Source: Candidatus Izemoplasmatales bacterium (lineage in GTDB: Bacteria > Bacillota_I > Bacilli_A > Izemoplasmatales > Hujiaoplasmataceae). From it: DNA of 64,000 nucleotides. Under the pieces are notes generated by a model, which had not been told where the DNA came from, did not search any database, and was given only the letters and a program-made list of their open reading frames with translations. Below, piece by piece: positions 9,584 to 18,187 of the stretch. The translations under genes and the position numbers were made by a program. Position 1 is the first letter of the stretch. Each line of letters starts with the position of its first letter. The DNA is taken from positions 608,001 to 672,000 of the forward strand of contig JBMNEZ010000001.1 of NCBI GenBank assembly GCA_050949045.1, given 5' to 3'.

Positions 9584-10297
9584 GTGTTAGAAGTAAAAAA
9601 TCTTTCCAAAAGTTACGACGGCAAAAAACTTGCCTGCAACAACATCAACCTTCTGATCGAGCCGGGAGATATTTACGGTTTCATCGGCCATAACGGCGCC
9701 GGCAAAACCACATTGTTAAAGTCTATCGCCGGCATCATCGACTTTGATCAGGGCGATGTCATCATCGACGGTCACTCGATCAAGAGCGATCCGTTGGAAG
9801 CTAAGAAACTGTTTGCCTATATACCCGACAATCCTGATATCTACGAGACGTTGACCGGAACTCAGTACCTCAATTTTATCGCCGATGTCTTTCAAATTGA
9901 TCTAGCCAAACGCACTAGACTGATTGAAAAGTACGCGACGATGTTTGAAATAACCGGCGCCCTCAACAACCCGATCTCATCCTACTCCCATGGTATGAAA
10001 CAAAAACTGCTGTTGATCGGGGCTTTGATCCATGAGCCCAAGATTATGTTGCTTGACGAACCTTTCGTTGGGCTCGATCCCAAAGCCAGTTTCATGATCA
10101 AGGAAGTCTTCAAAGAGATGTGTGCCCAGGGATCTCTGATCTTCTTCTCTACCCACGTTCTCGAGGTGGCAGAAAAACTTTGCAACAAAGTTGCAATCAT
10201 CAAGAACGGCATCATCATCGCCGACGGCACAACCAATTCGATACTCAAGGACAAGACACTAGAAAGCTTGTTCATGGAGTTGATCAATGAATCATGA
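9584..10297 (+). CDS. ABC transporter ATP-binding protein
   Basis: GHNGAGKTT, YSHGMKQK, LLDEP; GGAGG before GTG 9584. Confidence 0.93.
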   Translation: MLEVKNLSKSYDGKKLACNNINLLIEPGDIYGFIGHNGAGKTTLLKSIAGIIDFDQGDVIIDGHSIKSDPLEAKKLFAYIPDNPDIYETLTGTQYLNFIADVFQIDLAKRTRLIEKYATMFEITGALNNPISSYSHGMKQKLLLIGALIHEPKIMLLDEPFVGLDPKASFMIKEVFKEMCAQGSLIFFSTHVLEVAEKLCNKVAIIKNGIIIADGTTNSILKDKTLESLFMELINES

Positions 10298-11910
10298 TGT
10301 ATTCGAGGCTTTTGCGTATCTTTTTCAAAGAAAACTTTTCAATTAATCGCTTCTTTGGCACCGATATCCGCAAGAACAAGAAGAAGGCGGTTCTTTTGGG
10401 GGTTTTGATCCTTTATGGTTTTGGGTCTTTCTTGTTCTCTTTTGGATACATGTTTTTTGACCTTGGAAAAACCTTATCCGAGTATGATATGTTGGACACG
10501 CTGCTTGCGTTTGTTTTTGTCTACGCCACGGTGCTCTCAATCATGATCACCTTGTTTCGGGCCAACGGGTATCTGTTCCGTTTCAAGGACTACGAGATCC
10601 TTGCGCCGCTGCCGATCAAACCCAGAACCGTTTTGTTTGCGAAACTCACCCTGATGCTCGCTCTTGTTTATGCCGGACTGTTTTTGATCTCGCTGCCGAT
10701 CGTATTTTCCTATTTTTGGTATGCCGGCTTCAACATCCTGACATTTTTGATCTTCATTGCTAGTTTCTTGCTTATCCCAATGATTCCGCTCATCATCTTT
10801 TCTTTTCTTTCGCTGTTGATAGCCCGCTTCAGCTCAAAAATCAGAGGAACCAACATTGTCTACACCATTTTGATGTTCATCTTGTTGATTGGAGCGATGA
10901 TCTGGTCTTTCTCGTTCAGTTTTAATAGTTCTGACAATCCGTTATTGAGTCAAAGTCAAGGCGGTCTTTTTGGCTTGCTCTATAATTACTATCCACCGAT
11001 GAACTGGTTCATCAAGGCGGTGCATCTACAAGATCCGCTCTCGCTAGTATATCTCTTTCTGACCCACGCCTTTCCGTTGGCCGGCTTCATCTTTTTGATC
11101 AGTAAACTTGTCGTCAAAACCAATCAGAGGAGTCTTTCGGTCGTCACCGGTCGAAACAAGAAACCGCTCAAGTATCGTGAGCGTCCCTTGATCGAATCGC
11201 TGGTCATGAAAGAGGCAAGGAAGTTCATCAATCTTCCCATCTATACGATAAACTCTGGGTTCGGACCAACCATAATGCTCCTTGTCGGCGTTCTCAGCCT
11301 CGTCTTTAAAAACAAGATCATGGAAGTCATGGATGAGATGGCCGGCTTTGGCTTCTTGTCGCTCGATTTGATCACATCCTTGATCATCGGCTTTTCGATG
11401 ACGATGGTCTTCACATCGGCCATCAGCCTCTCGCTCGAAGGGAAGAACTTCTGGATCATCAAGAGTCTGCCCATCAGACCTCGGCTCGTCATGATCTCGA
11501 AGATGATTTTCAACATTCTTCTCGGACTGCCCTCTGCCTTGATCGCCATTATCCTGACCGGGATCGCTTTTAAGTTCGAAGCATCAATGATGGCATCAAT
11601 GATAATCGCTGCTATTTCGCTCTCGCTTTCGATTTCGGCAATCGGCAGTTTCATCAACCTTCATTTTCCCAAATTCGATTATTTGAATGAGACCGAAGTC
11701 GTCAAACAGAGCATCGGTGCCATGTTCGGTGTTTTTGCCGGTTTCGGCGTTCTTCTCATTGACGGAGTAATCGTTTACTTCGCGATGACTGCGTTTGGCA
11801 AAGCCGTGTCACTGCTCTTTGCCTCGCTCGTCAATCTGATAATTTTCGCTTGTTTTTTCGGACTTGTTTACACTTCAAGCGACCGCCTCTTCCAAAAGAT
11901 GGATGCCTGA
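10294..11910 (+). CDS. ABC-2 type exporter permease
   Basis: Many TMs, LAPLPIKP and SLEGKNFWIIKSLPI motifs; overlaps ATPase gene. Confidence 0.85.
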   Translation: MMYSRLLRIFFKENFSINRFFGTDIRKNKKKAVLLGVLILYGFGSFLFSFGYMFFDLGKTLSEYDMLDTLLAFVFVYATVLSIMITLFRANGYLFRFKDYEILAPLPIKPRTVLFAKLTLMLALVYAGLFLISLPIVFSYFWYAGFNILTFLIFIASFLLIPMIPLIIFSFLSLLIARFSSKIRGTNIVYTILMFILLIGAMIWSFSFSFNSSDNPLLSQSQGGLFGLLYNYYPPMNWFIKAVHLQDPLSLVYLFLTHAFPLAGFIFLISKLVVKTNQRSLSVVTGRNKKPLKYRERPLIESLVMKEARKFINLPIYTINSGFGPTIMLLVGVLSLVFKNKIMEVMDEMAGFGFLSLDLITSLIIGFSMTMVFTSAISLSLEGKNFWIIKSLPIRPRLVMISKMIFNILLGLPSALIAIILTGIAFKFEASMMASMIIAAISLSLSISAIGSFINLHFPKFDYLNETEVVKQSIGAMFGVFAGFGVLLIDGVIVYFAMTAFGKAVSLLFASLVNLIIFACFFGLVYTSSDRLFQKMDA

Positions 11911-12001
11911 TCGGAAACCATCTGTTTTTGTTTGATATTATCGGGTTTTAATGGTATAATCGATGCGGTATGAAAAACTATTTTAATGAAAGGATACTTA
12001 T

Positions 12002-14626
12002 ATGACTAAATACGTTTATTTGTTTGAAGAAGGCAATGCCTCGATGCGAAACCTTCTGGGCGGAAAAGGCGCCAACCTTGCCGAGATGACGAATCTCGGG
12101 ATGCCTGTTCCCTACGGTTTCACGATCACGACCGAAGCATGTACAAGATATTACGGCGACGGCCGGAAAATCGCTGCCGAGATTCTCTCGGAGATCGATG
12201 CGGCCCTCAAAAAGATTGAAGCCTTGACTGCGAAGTCGTTTGGCAATCCGAAAAACCCCCTGCTTCTCTCTGTCCGTTCCGGATCCCGCGCTTCAATGCC
12301 GGGAATGATGGACACGATCTTGAATCTCGGACTCAATGACGAAGTCGTCAAAGGTTTGGCCAAACTTACAAACAATCCGCGTTTCGCTTACGATTCCTAT
12401 CGCCGTTTCATCCAGATGTTCGCTGATGTGGTCATGGAAGTCCCGAAAAGCAACTTTGAGGCGATCTTAGAGCATCAAAAAGAAATTAAACATGTCGTAC
12501 AGGACAGTGATCTCGATGCTCAGGACATGGAAAAAATTGTATCAGACTATCTTGCCAAGTATCGGGAACTCAAGGGAGAAGGCTTCCCGCAAGATCCCAA
12601 AGTCCAACTGATCGAAGCCGTCAAGGCTGTCTTCCGCTCATGGGACAACCCCCGCGCAAACACCTATCGCCGATTGAACAACATCCCCTATGAATGGGGA
12701 ACCGCCGTCAACGTGCAGTCGATGGTCTTCGGTAACATGGGTGATGACTCCGGGACCGGAGTCGCCTTCACCAGAGATCCATCAACGGGTGCCAAAGTGC
12801 TATACGGCGAGTACTTGTTCAATGCCCAAGGCGAGGATGTCGTTGCCGGCATCAGAACACCGAAACCTATTTCCGAACTCGAGAAGGACAACCCCGAAAT
12901 TTATCGTCAATTCCAAGAATATTCGAGCAAACTCGAAGCTCACTACAAAGACATGCAGGATATGGAGTTCACAATCGAAAAAGGCAAACTCTATATGCTA
13001 CAGACAAGAAACGGGAAGCGCACCGCTCAAGCCGCCCTCAAGATCGCGATCGATCTTGTCGAGGAAGGCCTCTTGAGCGAATCGGAAGCGCTTCTAAAAG
13101 TTGAACCAAAACAACTCGACTCACTCCTCCATCCACAGTTTGACCCAGTTGCCCTGAAGAAAGCGAAAGTCATCGCCACCGGGCTGAATGCCTCGCCCGG
13201 GGCAGCGACCGGCAAGGCTGTCTTCACTGCCGAACGCGCTCATGAACTGGCAAAACAAGGGCAACCTGTCATCTTAGTGCGTCAAGAAACCTCTCCCGAG
13301 GATATCGAGGGAATGGTCGTCTCCAAGGGTATTCTCACAAGCCGCGGCGGGATGACTTCGCACGCTGCCGTCGTCGCGAGAGGCATGGGGACATGCTGTG
13401 TCGCTGGCGCAGGCATGGTCAAAGTCTACGAGGAAAAACGTTACTTTGAAATAGATGGGAAGAAATACCATGAAGGGGATTTCATCTCCCTTGACGGCTC
13501 CACCGGCAATGTTTACGGAGAACAAATCAAGACTGTCGACGCCTCTGTTTCCGGCGATTTCGCCAAGTTGATGGCTTGGGCAGACAAATACCGCGCCCTG
13601 AAAATCAGAACCAACGCTGATAATCCGCGCGATGCCAAACAAGCGTACAAATTCGGCGCCGAGGGAATCGGTCTCTGCCGTACGGAACATATGTTTTTTG
13701 ATGTCGATCGCATTCAATCGATGCGCGAGATGATCGTAGCCAAAAACCTCGAAGAACGCCAGGCCGCCCTCAATAAACTGCTTCCGATGCAAAAGCAGGA
13801 TTTCATCAGCCTTTATGAGGCAATGCAGGGCTATCCGGTAACGATCCGTTACTTGGATCCGCCACTACACGAGTTCCTTCCCAATCTCGATCAAGACATC
13901 GAAGCGTTGGCCAAGGATATGGGCATCACCTTCGAAGAGCTCAAAGCAACGGTTGTCAGCCTCCACGAGACCAATCCGATGCTCGGTCATCGCGGAGTCA
14001 GACTGGCCGTCACATATCCGGAAATCGCTGTGATGCAGACGACAGCAGTCATCGAGGCTGCTATTGAAGTCAACAAACGCGGTATGAATGTCGTTCCGGA
14101 AATCATGATCCCGCTCATCGGCGAAGTCAAAGAATTGAAATACGTCAAAGACATCATCGTCAAAACAGCTGACGACATCATCAAAAAGCACGGAGTGAAA
14201 CTCGAATACCTTGTCGGCACGATGATCGAGATCCCGCGCGCAGCTTTGCTCGCAGATGAGATTGCCGCCGAAGCCGAGTTCTTCAGTTTCGGAACCAATG
14301 ACTTGACCCAAATGACCTTTGGCTTCAGCCGTGACGACGCCGGCAGTTTCCTCGCTGATTACTATGAGAAGAAGATCTTTGAAAGCGATCCATTCGCTCA
14401 TGTCGACCGGAAAGGCGTTGGAAAATTAATGGAGATGGCTGTCTCTCTCGGCAAATCAGTCAGGCCGGACCTCAAACTTGGGATCTGCGGCGAGCATGGA
14501 GGCGATCCGGATTCGGTCGAATTCTGCCACAACATCGGCCTCAGCTATGTCTCCTGTTCACCCTATAGAGTGCCGCTCGCGCGCCTCGCTGCTGCCCATG
14601 CCAACATCAAAAACCCCCGCAAATAG
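12002..14626 (+). CDS. ppdK: pyruvate, phosphate dikinase
   Basis: LLGGKGANLAEM, GGMTSHAAVVARG, GIGLCRTEHMF, SFGTNDLTQ, GICGEHGGDP. Confidence 0.98.
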   Translation: MTKYVYLFEEGNASMRNLLGGKGANLAEMTNLGMPVPYGFTITTEACTRYYGDGRKIAAEILSEIDAALKKIEALTAKSFGNPKNPLLLSVRSGSRASMPGMMDTILNLGLNDEVVKGLAKLTNNPRFAYDSYRRFIQMFADVVMEVPKSNFEAILEHQKEIKHVVQDSDLDAQDMEKIVSDYLAKYRELKGEGFPQDPKVQLIEAVKAVFRSWDNPRANTYRRLNNIPYEWGTAVNVQSMVFGNMGDDSGTGVAFTRDPSTGAKVLYGEYLFNAQGEDVVAGIRTPKPISELEKDNPEIYRQFQEYSSKLEAHYKDMQDMEFTIEKGKLYMLQTRNGKRTAQAALKIAIDLVEEGLLSESEALLKVEPKQLDSLLHPQFDPVALKKAKVIATGLNASPGAATGKAVFTAERAHELAKQGQPVILVRQETSPEDIEGMVVSKGILTSRGGMTSHAAVVARGMGTCCVAGAGMVKVYEEKRYFEIDGKKYHEGDFISLDGSTGNVYGEQIKTVDASVSGDFAKLMAWADKYRALKIRTNADNPRDAKQAYKFGAEGIGLCRTEHMFFDVDRIQSMREMIVAKNLEERQAALNKLLPMQKQDFISLYEAMQGYPVTIRYLDPPLHEFLPNLDQDIEALAKDMGITFEELKATVVSLHETNPMLGHRGVRLAVTYPEIAVMQTTAVIEAAIEVNKRGMNVVPEIMIPLIGEVKELKYVKDIIVKTADDIIKKHGVKLEYLVGTMIEIPRAALLADEIAAEAEFFSFGTNDLTQMTFGFSRDDAGSFLADYYEKKIFESDPFAHVDRKGVGKLMEMAVSLGKSVRPDLKLGICGEHGGDPDSVEFCHNIGLSYVSCSPYRVPLARLAAAHANIKNPRK

Positions 14627-14649
14627 ACCAAATAGACCATATAACCCTT

Positions 14650-14680
14650 AAAAAGCAGACGTTTTGTCTGCTTTTATTTT
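14650..14680 (+). terminator. intrinsic terminator after ppdK
   Basis: AAAAGCAGAC-GTTTT-GTCTGCTTTT hairpin with T-rich tail. Confidence 0.8.
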
Positions 14681-14688
14681 GGGTCTTG

Positions 14689-14717
14689 TTGACAAAGGGT
14701 TTTTCATTCTTTATAAT
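14689..14717 (+). promoter_or_regulatory. consensus sigma-A promoter of 6S RNA
   Basis: TTGACA-17 nt-TATAAT. Confidence 0.9.
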
Positions 14718-14723
14718 GAAACT

Positions 14724-14894
14724 ATACTTGGATGGTTGGAAATCACTCACCCGCGACCTACAGTATTTGAAAGGGAGTCAAGGCCTTCCTGGTGTTGAAA
14801 GCCTATTCAGTTAGGAATCCTAAAAGGAAAGCAAGAGACACCCACTTTGGGGTAGATGTTTGTCTGCTCGAGTGATTTCCAACTGTCCGAGTGT
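14724..14894 (+). ncRNA. ssrS: 6S RNA
   Basis: About 170 nt rod: 5' ATACTTGGATGGTTGGAAATCACTC pairs with 3' GAGTGATTTCCAACTGTCCGAGTGT; central bubble with GGGAG and CACCCAC motifs typical of Firmicutes 6S; consensus promoter directly upstream. Confidence 0.8.
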
Positions 14895-14922
14895 TTTTTA
14901 TTTTTCGATATGGAGGCAGAAA

Positions 14923-15981
14923 ATGAGCACTTTATTAAACAAACTGACAATGCTTGACGGTATTCCCGGTAACGAACAGGAAGTCCGCGACTTCATGAGG
15001 CAACAGGCCGGCACCAAAGCTGAGATTACAACCGACAAACTCGGATCGGTCATCCTTCGCAAGGAAGGAAGCGACCCTGAGATCAAAGTCATGGTCGCCG
15101 GTCATCTCGACGAGATTGGCTTCATCGTTTCGGAGATTACAAAAGATGGTTATCTCAAATTTATCTCCGCGGGAGGATGGTGGGGCCATGTCGTGCTGAG
15201 CCAGCAATTCACTGTGACGACCCGGACAAAGAAAAAGATTCGTGGAGTCGTTGGCTCCAAACCTCCGCACATCCTCACTCCGGATGAAAGGAAGAAGGTC
15301 GTCGAGATTAACGAGATGTTTCTTGACATCGGCGTCGATTCAAAGAAAGCCGCTGAAGCCCTGGGAATCGAGATCGGCAATATGATCACCCCGTATATCG
15401 AGTTTCAAAAACTTGCCAATAAAAAGTACTTGTTGGCCAAAGCATTTGACAACCGGGTCGGCATCGGCGTCGTGCTCGAAGTCTTGGAGTTATTGCAAAA
15501 TACCGATCATCCGAACGTTTTCTATGGGGTGGGAACCGTCATGGAGGAAGTCGGACTGCGGGGAGCACAGACTTCGAGTTATCTCGTCGATCCTGACATT
15601 GGTGTTTCCATCGATGTCACGATCGCCACCGATTATCCCGGCGGCAGCAAAGAAGTTTGCCTCGGCAAGGGGCCTTGTCTGATGGTTTACGACAGTTCCA
15701 TGGTCGGGCATGTCTCTCTTCGTGAGCATATCATGAGCATCGCCGAGGAAAAAAAGATCCCCTTTCAATTGTCGTATCTCAATCGGGGAGGAACCGACGC
15801 CGGCAGAATTCACCTTGTGAAAGCGGGCTGTCCCAGTATCGCCCTCTGCATCCCCTCCCGCTATATCCATTCCCACACTTCGATCATCCATCAAGACGAC
15901 TACGACCAAACAGTGAGACTGGTCCATGAACTTCTCAAAAGTCTTGACAGGGACACCGTTAGGAAAATCACCTACCAATAA
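14923..15981 (+). CDS. M42 family metallo-aminopeptidase
   Basis: AGHLDEIG, KAFDNRVG, MEEVGLRGA, GGTDAG, RYIHS. Confidence 0.93.
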   Translation: MSTLLNKLTMLDGIPGNEQEVRDFMRQQAGTKAEITTDKLGSVILRKEGSDPEIKVMVAGHLDEIGFIVSEITKDGYLKFISAGGWWGHVVLSQQFTVTTRTKKKIRGVVGSKPPHILTPDERKKVVEINEMFLDIGVDSKKAAEALGIEIGNMITPYIEFQKLANKKYLLAKAFDNRVGIGVVLEVLELLQNTDHPNVFYGVGTVMEEVGLRGAQTSSYLVDPDIGVSIDVTIATDYPGGSKEVCLGKGPCLMVYDSSMVGHVSLREHIMSIAEEKKIPFQLSYLNRGGTDAGRIHLVKAGCPSIALCIPSRYIHSHTSIIHQDDYDQTVRLVHELLKSLDRDTVRKITYQ

Positions 15982-16047
15982 ATACACTCATGATCCGGAA
16001 CCCTTGCGGAGAAAGAGCACCGGTGGTAAAATAGACTGGGTGATAAG

Positions 16048-16617
16048 ATGCTGAGGATCATATCGGGAATCCGCAAAGGGGCCTTGATCGCCGAGGTTGA
16101 CCGCCGACACACGCGTCCGACCACTGATAAAAACAAGGAGATGCTCTTCAATATCCTCGGCCAGTACTTTGACGGCGGAAACTGTCTCGATTTGTTCGCC
16201 GGCAGCGGATCGCTTGGCCTTGAAGCGCTCAGCCGCGGTTTCAGTGCTTGCACTTTCGTCGACAACAACCCCACCGCGACAGCCACAATCCGGAAAAATC
16301 TTGACAAGCTTCGCTTTCCTGATGAAATCAAGGCCGCGGTCATTCTTGATGATGTTTTCTCTTATCTAGGAAGCGTAAAAGCAAATTTCTTCGATCTGAT
16401 CATGGCTGATCCGCCCTACCTTTTTCAAGATCACGAAAGGCTCTTACGGGTGATTATTGACAACGGCCTTATTGCCGGAAACGGATTGACCGTCATCGAA
16501 ACTAGTCGCAAAAAGGAATTGCCGGAACAACTCGGTGAACTTTTCCTGTTTAAAGACAAGATTTCCGGACTCTCACGTTTCTGGTTTTATTCATTCGTTT
16601 CAAACCCAATAGACTGA
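16048..16617 (+). CDS. rsmD: 16S rRNA m2G966 methyltransferase
   Basis: RIISG, TRPTTD, LDLFAGSGSLGLEALSRG, DPPY; adjacent to coaD. Confidence 0.93.
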   Translation: MLRIISGIRKGALIAEVDRRHTRPTTDKNKEMLFNILGQYFDGGNCLDLFAGSGSLGLEALSRGFSACTFVDNNPTATATIRKNLDKLRFPDEIKAAVILDDVFSYLGSVKANFFDLIMADPPYLFQDHERLLRVIIDNGLIAGNGLTVIETSRKKELPEQLGELFLFKDKISGLSRFWFYSFVSNPID

Positions 16618-16627
16618 GGAGGATAAT

Positions 16628-17128
16628 ATGAAAATCGGTTTCTATCCGGGCAGTTTCGACCCGATAACCTTCGGTCATCTCGACATCATCAGAAGAGGTG
16701 CGCAACTATTCGACAAACTCTATGTCGCTGTTTCGACAAATCCCGGCAAAACGACGCTGTTCTCGGCAAAAGAACGGTTTGATCTCGTCCGAGAAGTGGT
16801 CAGTGACATCGCCAATGTCGAAGTCCTGCAAACAAAGAAATTGACCGTCGAATGTTGTCGTGAAGTCGGAGCGACCCATATTTTGCGGGGGCTGAGAGCT
16901 GTTACCGACTATGATTATGAGTTTCAATTGACGAACTTCAACCGCCAGATCGCCGGCGAGATCGACACCGTGTTTATGATGACGGAAGGAAAATATTCCT
17001 ATCTCTCTTCCTCGGCCGTCCGTGAACTCGCTTTCTTTGGCGGAGACGTTACGCCGTTCGTTCCAAAAACAGTCAAAATGGCTATCGATCGCAAGATCGC
17101 CAACAGAGAAAACCGTCAGGGTATATGA
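16628..17128 (+). CDS. coaD: pantetheine-phosphate adenylyltransferase
   Basis: YPGSFDPITFGHLDII, RGLRAVTDYDYE, SSSAVRE. Confidence 0.96.
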   Translation: MKIGFYPGSFDPITFGHLDIIRRGAQLFDKLYVAVSTNPGKTTLFSAKERFDLVREVVSDIANVEVLQTKKLTVECCREVGATHILRGLRAVTDYDYEFQLTNFNRQIAGEIDTVFMMTEGKYSYLSSSAVRELAFFGGDVTPFVPKTVKMAIDRKIANRENRQGI

Positions 17129-17526
17129 CGGTTTTTTTATTGGTGTATGGAATGAACGCCTTAAATTCCGCTATGATATTATATCTAGGTGGCACTATGA
17201 TCATACGTCTCCCGGCCTTTTATTGAAAGTTGTGGCTTTCCCTGATGCTATCGATGCTCAGCCATGATAGGATCACATTCACGCTCGCGACAACATCTTT
17301 CCCGTGAACGATTCGACATGGACAAGATCAAAAACACAGTCCCACCTACGCCGTTACTCACGAAAAGGGAAACAAGCAAATATCTGCGGATCTTGAATAT
17401 TTTCCAAGACGGTCTTGTTTCTACCAGCCTCACCCAAAGTAAAGGAAAAGCCATATCCACAGTTTTTTGACACCCAATTTGTCTTTACAAACCAAGGGCC
17501 GTGAACTATAATATTAATTGCGTTAC

Positions 17527-17603
17527 GACTCGGTAGCTCAGCTGGACAGAGCAACGGCCTTCTAAGCCGTCGGTCAGGCGTTCGAATCGCCTCCGAGTCG
17601 CCA
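17527..17603 (+). tRNA. tRNA-Arg(TCT)
   Basis: 77 nt cloverleaf; ACGGC-CTTCTAA-GCCGT; encoded CCA. Confidence 0.95.
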
Positions 17604-17730
17604 CCTCGACCACTTTCGCCGGATTATCCGGCTTTTGTGTCCCATAATGAGGGCCTCATATTGTTTCAATTGCCCTTTCGCTGGGCCCTTGTACTTGCTA
17701 TTTTGGGCATCAATGGTATAATAATTTTTA

Positions 17731-17807
17731 GACCCGGTAGCTCAGCTGGACAGAGCAGCGGCTTCCTAAGCCGTCGGTCGGGGGTTCGAATCCCTTTCGG
17801 GTCGCCA
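17731..17807 (+). tRNA. tRNA-Arg(CCT)
   Basis: 77 nt cloverleaf; GCGGC-TTCCTAA-GCCGT; encoded CCA; TGGTATAAT extended -10 upstream. Confidence 0.95.
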
Positions 17808-17838
17808 CTATAGTCTAAAACAACATTGACATATATCC

Positions 17839-17915
17839 GGCCCGATAGCTCAGCTGGATAGAGCAACGGCTTCCGGAGCCGTCGGTCGGGGGTTCGAATC
17901 CCTTTCGGGTCGCCA
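17839..17915 (+). tRNA. tRNA-Arg(CCG)
   Basis: 77 nt cloverleaf; ACGGC-TTCCGGA-GCCGT; encoded CCA. Confidence 0.95.
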
Positions 17916-18187
17916 CTTTGACTGATAACCATTCGCTGAATGGTTTTTTTGTTCGCTTTGTTTTTTAATCTCGGAATAATGATATAATTATCAAAGAAAG
18001 CATTGAAAAGCGGTTGCGATGGATGTTCGACAAATCATTCAAGCGATAATCTTCTCTGTTTTTCTTAGAGTTTGTTTGTTCACAGCGGAAGAGATGTCCT
18101 GATGTGCTTGATGGTTTCCCGCTTGTCCTAACATTGATTCATCGTTTGATCAGTGCAATAATGATCCTTATTCAGGAGGCGTTTGCC

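Noticed and set aside
17527..17915. Repeated 77-nt units as CRISPR array or prophage att sites
   Set aside because: All three are complete tRNAs with CCA; no cas or integrase genes nearby
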